Positions 1 through 14,663 of a stretch of DNA of 64,000 bases are shown one piece after another. Source of the stretch: Octopus vulgaris (lineage: Eukaryota). The stretch covers positions 46,252,001 through 46,316,000 of the forward strand of contig OX597818.1 in NCBI GenBank assembly GCA_951406725.2, in the 5' to 3' direction. Made by a program: the position numbers and the translations under genes. How positions within the stretch are numbered: the first letter of the stretch is position 1; each line of letters starts with the position of its first letter. The notes under the pieces are model-generated. The model was not told where the DNA came from and searched no databases. It saw nothing but the letters and a program-made list of their open reading frames with translations.

Positions 1-519
1 GATGGTTCATCATCATCATCATCATCATCGATTTAATGTCTACTTTGTGCTTGCTTAGGTCAGATGTAATTTGTTGAGGCAGATTTTCTATACCCAGATA
101 CCCTCTTGTCACTCAAACCAAGATCATATTTCCTCATGGCTAAATTTGTTTTCGTGGAAGACTAGAAACAAGGGACTCTGCTTGTATGATAGTGACTCTT
201 GTCTATAGCTATCTTGCAATGTCAAAACAGACAGACACACACACACACACACACATACACACTCTGTTACTCTCTCAGGTCTGGGATGGCAGTTCTGCAA
301 TTCCTTGCTGAATAACCTGCACAGATAATTTGTTTATACTGATCAAAAGTTTGTTGTTTTAAATTAGCTCACTTCCTCCATCAAACTGACATTACCTGTA
401 CAGGTGCATAGTGTGCCACATACATATGATGATGAGATTGCAGAGCAATGTGAGGTGAAGTGTTTTGCTCAAAAACATAATGCACTTCCCTGTCTTGGAA
501 TCACACCCATGGATCTTAC

Positions 520-980
520 ACTCATGAATGCAACTCTCTAACCACTGGACCATATATATATATATATATATGAGTGATGGGCCTCACAGATGCAAAGTGG
601 CTGAGTTCTTTTCGGGTGTTGGGCCTCACAGAGACAATGACCAAGACCTTTGGCATTATGTCATGCTTCAGAAGACCCATCAAGCTGAGCAAAATTGCAC
701 TCGTGACAGATACTGGCATCACACAAATTGGCACCCATGCCAGTGGTACATATATACATCCTGGTTTCATGCAAATGGCATCCATGCCAGTGGCACGTAA
801 TAGCACCCATTACACTCTCAGAGTGGTTGGCATGAGGAAGGTATCCAGCTGTTGAAAACCATGCCAAATCAGACTGGAGTCTGGTGCAGCCTTCCAGCAT
901 GCCAGCCCAGTCAAACCAACCAACCCATGCTAGCATGGGCAATGGACATTAAATGATGATGATGATGATGATGATGATAT
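520..980 (+). mobile_element. RTE-type LINE 3' end fragment with (GAT)n tail
   Basis: Degenerate LGLTE.MT.D.DLW at the end of ORF2, then the 3' UTR ending CCAACCCATGCTAGCATGG...ATTAAATGATGATGAT. The same tail recurs at about 4020-4170, 4350-4725, 10225-10540(-), 14230-14380, 15640-15910 and 28220-28680(-). Confidence 0.7.
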
Positions 981-2378
981 GGGGGACTTCTTTCAGTTTC
1001 CATCTGCTAAATACACTCACAAGACGTTGCTTAGCCTGGGGCAACAGTAGAAGGGACTTGTCCAAAGTGCCATAGGACCGTACCTGAAATTATGTGGTTG
1101 GGAAGCAAACTTCTTAACTACCCAACCATGCCTTCTCTTTTAAAAAATTTGCTGTTCAACATACATTTGTAGTTAGTTACTTTGAGTTGATGATGATAAA
1201 TATGTAAAAGCTAAAGCTAAGGGAGGGACATTAATAAATTTTTAAAACCCCTCTGTTTGTAAAAGCTTGAAACACCAGTACATAAGCAGATATACAGTAA
1301 TCCCTTGCCATATCATGGTTCACCTATTGTGGTTTATTATTTAAGCTTATGTCAATTCCTTATGGTGTTGTTTTGCATTTGTAATAAAATAGATGTATAC
1401 AAATTCTTTTTTGCCAAACTGCTAAGTTAAGGAATCCTGTATGATAACAATAAAAAATAAGTATGAATATAACCACTATTGTCAACAATATTATGATGAT
1501 GAAGCACTACATTAAATACCCTTCTGTATTTAATTTTATCCATCTGTGGATATTAATATTTAAGTTTTATCCCAAGTGAAATATAATAATCTTTGCAGAA
1601 TTCTCAGCATTATACCATTGTCAGGGCTCATCATCATTTTTCTAATCTTTCTTTTTATGAATACTATCATCATCATCATCATTATCATCATTTAATGTCC
1701 ATGTTCTTAGGGACTTTGTCAGAATCTGATGGGTCCAAGGATTGCATTGTACTCCAGTGTCTGCTTAGCCAGACTTTTATGGCTGTATGCCCTTCCTAAA
1801 ACAAACCACTTTACAGCATGTACTGATATGTCACCAGCTCTATTGGAGTTACCATGCAGCTTGCAAAACTATAAACCCTGAGGGGTAGGAGATTGGTTTT
1901 ATACTAAGAGATAAATGGTTAAAGTATGAGAGGGTGTGCAGAGCAGTTTCTTGTTTTGGAGGAACTATATGCTTATTCATGTTTAGAAAAGAGGGTGAGA
2001 ATTATCAGTAGAAGCTGCTAAAAAATAAATTGTGATGATGGGATATCTTGGTGGCCCCTCAAGACACAAAGGTACTAAGTGAGTAGGAGTGGGGACAAAG
2101 GAAATATGAGTGTAGGTAGGTGGTTTGCAGGAGTGTAGGAGTGGAGTGAGAGATGGGGGAATAGAAAAGGGAAGGGGAATTAGGCAACATCTGTAAAGAT
2201 CGGATAGAGTTGAAGGTTGGTGGTAGAGAGTGGTGGCTAATAAATGAGATTATTGTTCTTGGAGCTAAACTCACAAGGGAATTTTCCACATCTGGTATTG
2301 TTTAAGGAAATGTAAATTAGGCTGAAATATTTCAAAATATGAATTTACTACTCAGGAAATATTTTTGATTTATATATT

Positions 2379-2730
2379 AGGTGCAGACATGGCTGTGTGG
2401 TTAAGAAGCTTGCTTTCCTATCATGTGTCTTGGGTTCAGTCCCACTGTGCAGCACCTTGGGCAAGTGTCTATAGCTCTGAGCCAATCAAAATCTTGTAAG
2501 TGGATTTGGTTGACAGAAACTGAAAGAAGCTCACCATGTGTGTATGTACCCTTGCCAAGCATCAGCATTACACAAATAATTTTGTTAATTTCCAGTCTTC
2601 TTTGAAATAACATGTCTGGCCATAGGAAATATTACGTAACCTAGAAGCAGGTGAGAGCTGACCACAGGAAGGGCATCTGTTAGTAGAAAATCTTCCTCAA
2701 TAAATTCTGTCTGACCCATCCAAGCACACA
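2379..2730 (+). mobile_element. tRNA-derived SINE (octopus-type, GGCGCAGG...TGGCTGTGTGGT head)
   Basis: A box TGGCTGTGTGG, B-box-like GGTTCAGTCCC, core CCTTGGGCAAGTGTCT. Other copies at about 985-1133(-), 7914-8330, 18610-18770, 29170-29565(-), 39280-39430, 51440-51565(-) and 60297-60573(-). Confidence 0.75.
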
Positions 2731-2796
2731 TTGGCTCTCTGGATTTGTTTCTCTTATTACAAAGGTTCAAAACAAACATTAATGATATTAGTTTCT

Positions 2797-3053
2797 TTGC
2801 TATTCTCAAGCATTTTTTACCTATGGACCTTTTTCATTCCTATTTTATTCTGATGGACCCTCATAACCATTTGAAGTTTAAAAAAATCTTATTGCATTTT
2901 TATAATTAAATAATATTAAGAATTATATTAAAAAATTGTTGAAATATTTTGTTTATTGTAGATGTATAATCAATTTATTGCACATAATTTTAGCAACAAA
3001 ATCTTATGTAGACCCCCCCAAGGGTCATGTGGGCCCCACTTGAGAACCACTGA
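2797..3053. mobile_element. hAT-like MITE relic
   Basis: Right end TTGAGAACCACTG (reverse complement CAGTGGTTCTCAA), eroded left end, subterminal GGACCCC-type motifs. No TSD confirmed. Confidence 0.45.
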
Positions 3054-3254
3054 TTTATAATAGAAGGACCTGTGAAGGCCAGGGACACTGCCCTTTCCAC
3101 CACACTCAACAATTAAAAACACAAACAAAATCCAACACAAAACAAACCACAAGATGATTTTCATTTCTAGTTCCACCCATGCTAGCATGGAACATGGACG
3201 TTAAATGATGATGATAATGATGATTTTATGAATTTTCATTTATTGCTTTTCCAG

Positions 3255-3351
3255 GTATTTTACAGTAAAATTGAAACTGAAATATTTACCATGGTATACA
3301 ATAATGCTGTCCATAACAGGGGTTGTGTTTGGGTATTTTGCAATTTTAGTG
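3255..3351 (+). CDS. GDPD5: GDPD5-like exon (YFTVKLKLKYLPWYTIMLSITGVVFGYFAILV), TM segment
   Basis: ttttccag acceptor, gtaagt donor, 97 nt, hydrophobic helix. Confidence 0.85.
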
Positions 3352-6235
3352 GTAAGTTGCTTTCAATTTTACATTATTTTCCCAGTTCACAGAAATAATA
3401 GAAGAAAAATATAACTTAGCTATTGGATTTAGAGTTCATAATACAACATTTCTACTTCTGATATATCTATGTATGTTTCCTTCAGTTTGTGTTTAACTTT
3501 TTAGTTTTAGTTTGTATACTGCATTATAATGAATTGAAACAACTTGTAAATGTATGATCAATTGATGAGAAAGGATTGTAACAATGTAACAATCTAGGTA
3601 ATGTGAAAATGTAAATACATCTTCAACCATAATAAACATTAAAGGACTGATGCATATTGCCAGCTTTATAATATTAAACAGACAATAGAGAAATCTTCTG
3701 TCCTGGATAAGTAACATTTCCAGATAATTTGATATCTATTCCCAACATCTAAATGAACTTTTATAATGTACAATAAAACATTCTACTCTGAAACACAGCA
3801 AAACCTCTTGAAACAGACTCAACCCACTCATAGCTCATGTCTTGTACTCACTGCTATTTCACTTCTCTAAGTACCAGAAGAGAAGTCATAGAACTGATAC
3901 AGTCAACCTCAGTATAGAATTAGTACTTAGTAGTTTCTACTTGCATTTAAGTGAAGTGGGCATTTCAGAGTTAAGTCTCTCTGCCTTCAATGCAGCACAT
4001 TGTTAATGATTGTTTATAGACTACTGTCATGCAAATGACACCCGTGCTGGTGGCACATAAAAGCTGTAGAAAACCATGCCAAATCAGACTGGAGTTTGGT
4101 ACAGCCTTCCAGCATGCCAACCGTTCAACCCATGCCATCATGGACAACAGACGTTAAGTGATGATGATGAGGATTGTACACACACACACACACTTTTTTT
4201 GGTAGGTACTTATCTCCATTTTGAATAATTGTGAGGATCTCTTCACATGAAACAATTGGTATCCTTGTTAACTCACAAATGAAAAAATTCATCCACCAAT
4301 GCATGGTTGAGCACTCATTCTCACTATTCAATATAAGCATAGGAGTCTCTTAGATGACAGGGGACTGAGACTCCTGGAGGTTTGCTGTGCTTGAGAAGAC
4401 ATATCAAGCTAAACAAAATTGTGGTTGTCCTTGCATACAGGTATGTCCTCTGCATCTCTCTGTATCTGTATGTTTCTGATCATGTAGGCTCATGGTCCCA
4501 TGTAAAAAAAAACACCTGTACTGGTGCTACATAAATGCACCTGTACTGGAGCTGCATAAAAGCACCCAGTACACTCTGTAAAGTAATTGGCACTAGGAAG
4601 GATATCTAGCTGTAGAAACCTTGACAAAATAGCCATGGAGCCTTGTGCAGCTCTTCAGCTGGCCAGCTCCTGTCAAACTGTCCAACCCATGCCAACATGG
4701 AAAATGAACATTAAATGATGATGATGATATATATTATATATATATATATTTTCTATGCAGCCAATACAAGCATGGAAAAGATGCACATGTATGCAAATTT
4801 TATTCTTCAAACTAATTGAAAATGCAAAACAAAATGAAAATGTTTTATCACTAGAGATGGTATTATTTCGAGTCTCAGTGTAGCGAAGTGTTTTATTTTT
4901 ATGAATCTTGTTCACAACCTTCTTCCAAATGTGTTTTGATATCATGAAGAAGGAAGAAAGATAGACCATTGTTTATTGTAATGCTATGATCTTTTATGAT
5001 CTCAATATACAGTCAAGTCTAAGGTCAGGTCAAGATAGAAATTCATTTATACAGTGGTTTCTGGTCACAGCATTTTTCATTCAGTGTCTTTACCTAAAGT
5101 TAGGTCTTGAAGATTATTAAATTGTCCTTGTTATGAGTTGAAGTTCTCATAATTTTCAGCAACATTATTTTCATCCTAGAAGCTAATATGAAGTAAATGT
5201 ATTGCTGTCTTTGTATGTTATGACAGCAGAATGTGACAAAACTTGCCTCTGTAAACAATGCTTTCAAATAGATATGTGTTATTTATTGTTCCAACATCGC
5301 ATAGTAGCAAGATATAGACTATATAACCAGTTGCTGCTTCAAACTGTCAGAAGGATGTTATCTTTCCCATAAAACGTGATGTTATTATAAAGACAGTATA
5401 TATAATACACAATATACAATTTCAATTCATCCAGAAGAACTGGTTTGGTTAGAAGTGCCTATCACCTCACAATAATATAAAATACATTGATATTTTTAAA
5501 CAAATGAAATATTGATGAAACAGTAAGCTGGTTGATCATGTTTTATACCTTTCACTTGCAATACCACCTCATTATTCTAGGGGGAATATAAAATCATGAT
5601 CCTACTGTAGTGTTTTGAAATATTAAACAAGGAGAAAAGATAATACTCTCTTTAATTGCTTCTTAACATTATTACTTATTTGTCTGTAATGATGATTAAG
5701 ACAGTTGTAGAGTATAAAAATGGTATTTATAACATTTATTTTGAGGTTAGATATTTTAAGCCAAAATTTGACACAGCAGTGACAAAGAGGTCCATTGGTA
5801 GGACACAACCACATACGTATTTTTTTGCTAAGTGACATCTGATGGCTATACTACTTCTAGCAAGTTGTGTACCATGTAAAGGTTCCTTCATTGGTTTGTA
5901 ACAGATATACAAATATATATGTGTGTGTGTGTGCGTGTTTGTATAGGTATATATATATGTGTGTGTATATACATGTATATATGAGTGTGTATACATATAT
6001 ATATATATATATATATAATTGGAGATAAAGGAAACATTTATAACAAAATATTCATTCACTGTATGTCAACAGCAAGATCTGCATTGATATTGACATCATC
6101 TAAAATATTTAACAGTAAAGTCTATGTATGAGAAGAAATGTCATGATGCGTCAGTTTTTCCTAGTTCACACTGAATTCTAAAGTGCTTGTAATATTGGTG
6201 TGTGTGTGTGTATAATGTTTGTGCATGTGTGTATA

Positions 6236-6275
<40 letters not shown>

Positions 6276-9200
6276 GGTGTGTGTTTGTGTGCATATTGTG
6301 TGTGTCTGTGTATATTGAGAGAGAGAGAGAAAGAAGTTACATGGAAAGAAACAAAAGAACACATGGAAAACAGGAAAAAACACAAAAAACATGGATACTC
6401 TCATCCCTTATCAGTTATAAACCAATCTTCACAATTTCACACCCATGTGTATGTGTGTCTGTGTGTGTATGGACATGTCTATGTAGTTAAGAAATTCACT
6501 TCCTAACCACATGGTTCAGCTTCAGTCACACTGTGTGGCAGCAAATTAAGGACCCTCATACCAAACAGATCTCACTAAGTTGTCATTTGGAATTAATCAC
6601 AAATAATTTTTTTTTTAATATCTCCATTTTATAAACTTTAAGATTATAATTTCCCTTTAATCCATTTTCACCTCATGCTGTAACTTAACATTATTTCAGT
6701 GCTTCCATCTATTTTATGTTATCATTAACAGGGTCTATCAATATGTCACATTTATGTGGGACATCAGTTATATATACATCCATTCCATGTAGCGATGATA
6801 ATCATCAGTCTTTTGAGTTGCATTGGCTTCACAATAGCCATGAATACTCTCTGGCCATCTGAGTGGGCAATGCTGAAACTATCATTTCAAGTAAGTCTCT
6901 ATTATATTTGAAACATTTTTCTCCAAATTATATTTCTTTTGTTAATGATTAGAAAATATGTAATAAATATATATTAAGTAATGTTATTTTCTTGCGACTA
7001 TTATTAGTCTCTTTCAGAATTACATACATATAGCCTTGAGTTGACCGAAGTCATATGTGTGAATTTAGTAGATGGAACCTGAAAGAAACCCATTGTGTGT
7101 GCATGCATGTGTATGTCTGTGTTTGTCCTGCACTACCACTTGACAACCAGTGTATTTATATGTTTATGACTGTAATAGCAGTTTGGAAAAAAACACTGAT
7201 AGAATAAGTATCAGGCTTAAAAAAAAAAAATAAAGGACGTACTAGGGTTGATTCACTCGACTAAAATACTTCAAGGTAGTGGCCTGGTATGGCTACATTC
7301 TAATGAGTGGAATTAGTAATTGAAAAAGGATAATATGTCTGTGTTTATGATAATTTCTCCTACATTTGCTCTGTACATCATAACTAGTTATACTACTCAG
7401 TATTGTAGCAGTTTAACCATTATACTGGAAGCAAACTGGATGATGTTAAAGTACATAGAGCTCAAAACCCAACAGTAGAAGTCATACTTCTATTTGTACA
7501 GGCAGCAAATTGGCAAAATTGTTTTAGTGTTAGATAGAATGCCTCATGGTATATGTTCCAATTCAAATCCCAGTGAAGTCAACTTTACCCTTCATCCTTT
7601 TGAGTGATTGATTAGCTTTAGTGTTAGAGTATTGAACTAAATGCCTTGCAGTATCTGTTCTGGATTTGTGCATTCTGAGTTGAAATTTTCATTCCTCCTA
7701 TTGTCACTATGTTCCACAAAAAAGGTGATACTTCTGTCAGGAATTGCAGCTGATAGATAATATTAGCAAAGTGAAAAAAAACAATGGAAATATAGTCTCC
7801 TTGAATCAATTCGAAGATCAAATTGTCACAATTACGAAAGGAAAGTCTTTACAAAGCAGTATAGTGGTTACTTTTTTGACATAGATATCATATGGAGTAT
7901 CAGTTGTGACTGTAGGCACAGATGTAGCTGCATAATATGAAGTTTGTTTCCTGACCACATGGTTTCAAATTTAGCCCCACTGTGTGACACCTTGGGCAAG
8001 TGTCTTCTACAATGACCTTGGACCAACCAAAGCCTTGTGAATGGATTTGGCAGAGAGAAACTGAAAGAATCCCACTCAGTGTATGTGTAGACAACATTTT
8101 GTCCTTGGCATCATGTGATAATTGGAAACAAGTGGCACCATCATACAAGCAATATCATTCTTTTCCAATCTTCTGTGGAAATATGTGTAGTCATGGAGAA
8201 ATACTACCTTACTTAGAAACGGATCGAAATTGGCAATATGAAGGACATCTAGCACTAGAAAGCTTGCCTTAACAAATTGCATCTAACCCATGCAAGCATG
8301 GAAAAGTAGATGTTAAAACAATGATGATGAATTTACTATTACGGTTATTATTTTTTAGTTGAGTTATTTTCTTTGATTATTTTTCCAGATAGTCGGTCCA
8401 TTTATTCATGTTGGTCTGATTGTGATCTTTACTATCCTCACTTGGATACTGATAAGACAGTGGTACATCTTAGACCGATTCCGTAAGTATATTTTGCCAT
8501 TTCAAAAATCATTGTCAGATATATACAAATTATTTCTGAAAAAGTTGCTAAAGAAAACAGACTTATTAAATTCTATCTCAAATACAATGACATTTTTCAT
8601 TTTCCTAATTTTCTGCTGTTCCTACATTGTTAGTGTAGCATAAATGGTATTTGATTCACCTGTCTATATTCCTAAGTTCGAATCTCACTAAGGTCAACTT
8701 TCTCTTCCATCCTTCTGGAGGGGTTAATAAAATAAACTCTGAGTACATTGTAGGGGTTTGACAGGGTTGTTAGACCATCAAATGTGATGCATTGTGGGAT
8801 TTGTTCTGGTTGTTTGTGTTCTGAATTCTAAGGTGGTTGGCTTTCAACCAGTTTAATCCCACCACCACCTGGTACTTGGGAGTCTTTAGCAGATTTCACC
8901 TTTTTTTATGTGTTCTGGACAGATTTTGTGTTTGAGAGTGACTTCTTTACTCCTTGCCAACAGTCCCAGTGACCATGAATGAAGGATTAGTGATGTAGAT
9001 AAATGCGATTAGGCTTGATACATATAAATATGCACCCACACACACACCCACGCACATACATAGAGGGAGAGAGAGAGAGAGAGAACTATGTTCAGAAGAT
9101 AAACATGTAAATAGATATTTATATATATTGACAAATAAATTTACCTTTACATAGAGTTTAGAAAATAGGATTATGAGAAAACAGTGAAGAAATCAACAGT

Positions 9201-12200
9201 TTATCTTCTTTCATGTGTGATTGAGCAGCATTAAGATAACGATTAAAAACAGGATCCGTATATTTTATATTGCAACTTGTGAACAATAGCATCATTTGTT
9301 ACAAGTTTCTATCTCATGAACCAGTTATTTTGTTCAGTATGTCTTCTGTAACAATCAGAAGAGTATCTGTAACTTGGGGAGTTGTTTAGAGATCAGATTT
9401 TTTTTGTTGTTGGATCCTTTGCCGATCTCTATGAATGTAATCCCAAGTAAACTATTGATCCCATCTGGATTTCATAGTTCAATTCTGATGTCCCTTTTTT
9501 AAATTTTTTTTTTTTTTTTTCATAAAATTGTGAATACATGTATAACTGTAAACAAAATATATATTGAAATAAAAAGGAAAAAAGAAACAAATAAAATATA
9601 ATTTGATTTCAGAATGGGAAGGTTTCAACTAAACACTGCAATGCATTTTATCTGCCTTCATTTCTACTCCTCTTACACAATTATAACAATGGCCAAGTAT
9701 AGGGTAATGATTTTATTGAGTTAATAAAAACACAGACTTGCAGATACACACACACACTCATCGTCATCATCATCATTTTCATCTTGGTTTTATGCATTCT
9801 TACCTTGATAATAAATTGTAATGTAGTTACTCGTCACCAATTATTGTAGTATCACCACTATTTATGACGATACTTGTTTACACTATAACCATGTAGTAAC
9901 AATAAACATATAACGAAGCAGGGTAACAACATAACAATCCAACAAACTCTCCATGAACTATTTATGAACCAACAAATGATATTCTGACAAACTACCAAAA
10001 CGAAACCTTATGATTTCCTACAATTAATGCCTATTCTCCGTCTTTCACTCAGACCGCTACTGTTTATAGTGATTCAATCAAGTCTATTCTCGCAGGGGCT
10101 GTTGTGACTCTTGCCACAACATAATGTGAGCAGAGCAGGTTGTAATGGCCTGAGACAGGCCAGGTGACCATATCTTGCTTCCTACATTTTAATCTGACTT
10201 AGTTTATATATATACACATACATACTCATCATCATCATTTAGTGTACACTTTCCTCCCTGATGGCATGGGTTAGACAGTTTGACTGGATCTGATAAGCTG
10301 GAGAGCTGTACCAGGCTCCAGTTTGATTTTGGCTTGGTTTCCATGGCTGGATGCTCTTCCTAATGTCAACCACTCCAAGAGTTTAGTTAGTGCCTTTTAT
10401 GTGTCACCAACAATACCCACAACTATGATTTCACTTGATTAGTCTTCTCAAGCACAGCAAATCACCAGAGGTCACAATTGCTTGTCATTACCTCCATGAG
10501 ACCCCACATTTGAAGATCCAATATCTTCATAGGTTTACCTCTTCCACAGCACCCCAAAATTAGACTAGACAACTATTTTTATGTTTGCCTCAATTTCTCT
10601 GTAAACCAGTTATTTTCTCCTTTAATGATGAGAATTTTACAAAATGACACTTTGCAAACATCTACTCATCAAATTATCAGAAAAATCACCCTTATTCAGT
10701 GTTTTCAAATATATCATCATCATCATCATCATCATCATACGCATCACCACCACCACCACGACCACCACCATCATCATCATCATCATCACGTCCTGTTTTC
10801 CATGCTTGCATTGGTTGGTTGGAGTCTATTAAGGTAAATTTTCTTTGGCTGGGTGCTCTTCCTCTTGCCAACTGTCACTAGTTTCCAAACAAGGGACTAT
10901 TTCCCCATGACCAAACATGTTTTGCTTGTTCCTATATATATATATATATCATCACCATCATCTCCAGCATCATTTAGTGTCCATTTTCAATGCTGGCATG
11001 AGTAAGACAGTTTGACAGGTGCTAGTATGCCAGAGAGCTGTATCAAGCTCCAGTCTATTTCAGCTTGGTCTCTATGGCAGGATGCCCTTCCTAACACCAT
11101 CCACTCTGTACTGGGCGCCTTTTATGTGTCTGTGGCATGGGTGCCTCTTATGTGTTACCAGTGCTGTTGCTGTCACATGTCACCGGTACTGATGTATGTA
11201 TGTGTGTGTGTATGTACATATGTATGTATGTACATACATATCTATGTATGTATATATGAATGCATGCATGCTTGCATTCATGCACATTTACCTTCACACA
11301 GAAGCTTACCGTTGTTCCTTGTAATTTTGTTCACTATTGAATGGAACCAAATAATATAATATTGCTTTTTTTTGTTTTCTTTCCCATATAGGTTTAAAAC
11401 TGTTAACTTTAGTAGCATACATGGCAATTCTAGTTGGCCTGTATGTCATTCCACTGTTTATTGAATCTCCATGTGTTCGACCAGCAGATAGTTTGCCTTC
11501 CAAACCAAGATTATTTGCCCACCGAGGTGCGTCAGGGGTATGTATTCGCTTATTTATTTTAAAGCTCTAAAATAATGATTATTTTTAGTAGTATGTTCTT
11601 GGTTCTTGGTTCATTAACTACAGAAAGATAAAAATGGAAGATTTTATCTCTTATAACATTCAAATGGAAAGAAATGGAAAATCAATATCATCATCATAGT
11701 TTTAACCCTTTCGTTATTGTATTTATTTTGAGATGCTCTGTGTTTCTTTCAATTATTTTAAATATAACAAAGAATTTAGTAAAATAACTTAGTTATCATT
11801 AAACTAGTGTTAGGAACATAAATTGCGACTAAGGTTTGGTGGTATATTTTAATGCAAAACTTATGAAAACAAGAGCCAGAGCTGGTTTTGGCCGGGTTGG
11901 TAACGAAAGGGTTAATGACCACTTTGCGATACTTACATGAGTCAGATGGAGCTTAATGAGACAGATTTTTCTATTGCTGGATGCCCTTCCTGTCACCAAC
12001 CCTTACCTGCTTCCATGCAAATCACTATTACCCCATCAGTGGACAGGTTTATGCAGAATATTGGTAATGAATGATACTACTTTGTATGACAGTGACACAA
12101 CTATCATGTGTTGTCAAGACAAGGCAACATAAATGTATACATACTCTCTCTCCCTCTTTCTCACACACACACAAACAAATAAACAAACAAATATAAATGA

Positions 12201-14628
12201 TAAGGAACAAGAAATGATGTAATGAACTTCATTAGGTTACCACTGTTTCTATTATAAGGTGATACTCAAACACTCAACTATGAGTTCCTTGCATATTGTA
12301 CCAGAAACAGCTGTAAGCTAATGAAGTTCATAACGTAATTTCTGGTTCTCTTGTCATTTATGTAATCTCTCATTACACTCTCTACTTGACTAATGCTTTT
12401 CTCTGAAGCATATGTATATTGACAGGGTTAAAGTAGAAGACACCCAAGATGTTACACAGTGGGACTGAACCTGAAACCATGCAGATGGGAAGGAAACTTT
12501 TTAACCACACAGTGATGTCTACACTTATATTGAATATTGCAAAGTATCAAGTTTGGTTCTCAAATGTCTCAGACATGTCTTGTAGAACCAGGAACTTTAA
12601 ATAATCAAGTCTAAAAATATCAGAATATCTTCTGCTACAAATCTATTAATAGTATTTTCACCATTGTTCAGTGTATCTTGTTGTTTTTCTGTTTTTTGTT
12701 AAAATAGATTTCCTTTTATTTGTTTTAGAAAGTAATGAATATTTGGTGTTAGTAGACACATCGTTAGTACACATCCATTTATTGTCTTTCGATCAATATT
12801 CAGCTTGTAAATTGATGGAGTTGGGTGGGTTGCTATATGGAATGTAATTTGAGTAGAATCTAATTTTACTGAATTTGTATGTGAGTGTACTTTAGCAGCG
12901 AACAGTGTTTTTCATTATAAATAGTGTACACAGGAGCTTATTGTAGCTTTTACATTGTTAAGGAAGTCAAAGGTGTCAGTCTGGTGCAGCTTTTGCCCAT
13001 TAAAAGACATAAGCTCAACTTGTAAAACTAATGAATAGTTAGTCATTCAATGTGACCTCTTTGCGATTATGTTGGTGTGTGGCCTTTTGATAAAGGCATT
13101 GGTTCAATTCTTGATCTTGCTAGTGCATAGTGTGTTTGAACACGGCATTTCATTTCACATGCCCCATTTCATTCAGCTGAAGATTAATCCCAGAGGGAGT
13201 GATTTTGATCCTGAAATGGGCTGCAGTTCTCTATAGTGGAGGAGTGTTGTACTCTTAAACCCCATAGAAACTGAAAGTAACTCTGGTGTAATGAACCTGT
13301 AAGCAACAAACTAACCCTTTAGCATTCACATTATTCTGTCAAAAATAATGCTTATTTGTTCACTTTGTTTTGAATTAATCATGCATTATCTTGCAGCTTT
13401 GAGATTTTGATGAGGTAACTGTTAATTTTTAGAATGATATTGTCAGGTTGGTGTCAGAGAATACATCTGGTCAGTTTGAACATAATATGGATATGGCCGG
13501 TTTAAATGCTAAATGAATTATGAGCTCACTTGACCTGCTAGAAATAGCAGCCAAAGGTTACATTGGATAATGTACTCTTAGATACCCTTGAAAGGACAGG
13601 ATTGTCCTGTCGGGGTTAAACAACCACCATGATAGTGAGTTGTGTGTTTTCTTATGGTTTATCTTTACAAGAAGGTTGATTGAATCATTCTCAGTAACTG
13701 CAGATGTGGCTCGTGTTTCATTGCCATTTTAACCTTTTAGTGTTTAGATTACTCAATCAGATGTAATGTGTATTTATTCACATCGTTTTGAATTAATACT
13801 GCATTATTTTCTAGGCTTGAGATTTTGATGATGTGATTGTTTGTGTTCAATATGACATTCTGGAAGATGCGAGATCTGATCAGTTTGAACATTAAACTTG
13901 TAGAATATTTTGACTGGATATGGCCTGGTTAAGTGCTAAAGGGCTGCTGACTAAACTAGCTGTTGTTTCATTGATGATTACAAATATGATACTACATTTG
14001 GACACTAAATCAGTTTATTTCAGAGTACTGAACATGGTGGGCATGTATTCTCCTGCTTAACATATTTAGTAATTTTATGCTAAGGCCTGAATTTGATATC
14101 TTATTTGTTGGAAATTTAGCTGAAAATTTCATGTTGCTTTGATGACTGACCATGATGCTTTCATATTCAACCAAAATACTTAGTTGTTCTTCATATGAAC
14201 TGTTAAAAAAGAATTTGAATTGTCAAATTGGCATTGGAAGGACATCCAGCTGTATAAACCATGTCAAATCAGACTAGAACCTGGTGTAGCTCTCTGGCTC
14301 ATCAGTTCCAGTCAAACCATCTAACCGATGCCAGCATGGAGAGTGGATATTAATTGCTGCTGATGATGATGATGCTGATGCTGAACCATTCCTTCTCTAA
14401 AATACTCTGGAATAGTCTGCAGCTTCTTCCTCCTTACCTTTTTCACTTGTACAATTGTTAAGTGTCTGATTTATTGTGTGGTATGTAATAGTTTTCAGAG
14501 TTCACAGTTTTACTATTAATAATAATAATTATATTAAAGTGAAATAAGAGATTCATTATAATAAATTAGAGTGACTGCAAACTGTAAAAGAAAATTTCAA
14601 ACTAAGAAAACATGTCTCACAATGTGTG

Positions 14629-14663
<35 letters not shown>

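Noticed and set aside
6691-6731. Upstream alternative acceptor ttatttcag at 6699
   Set aside because: It adds 32 nt and shifts the frame; the acceptor at 6731 restores family homology.
10625-10881. Poly-His, poly-Ser and poly-Ile ORFs
   Set aside because: (CAT)n/(CAC)n tail of a minus-strand RTE or SINE end.
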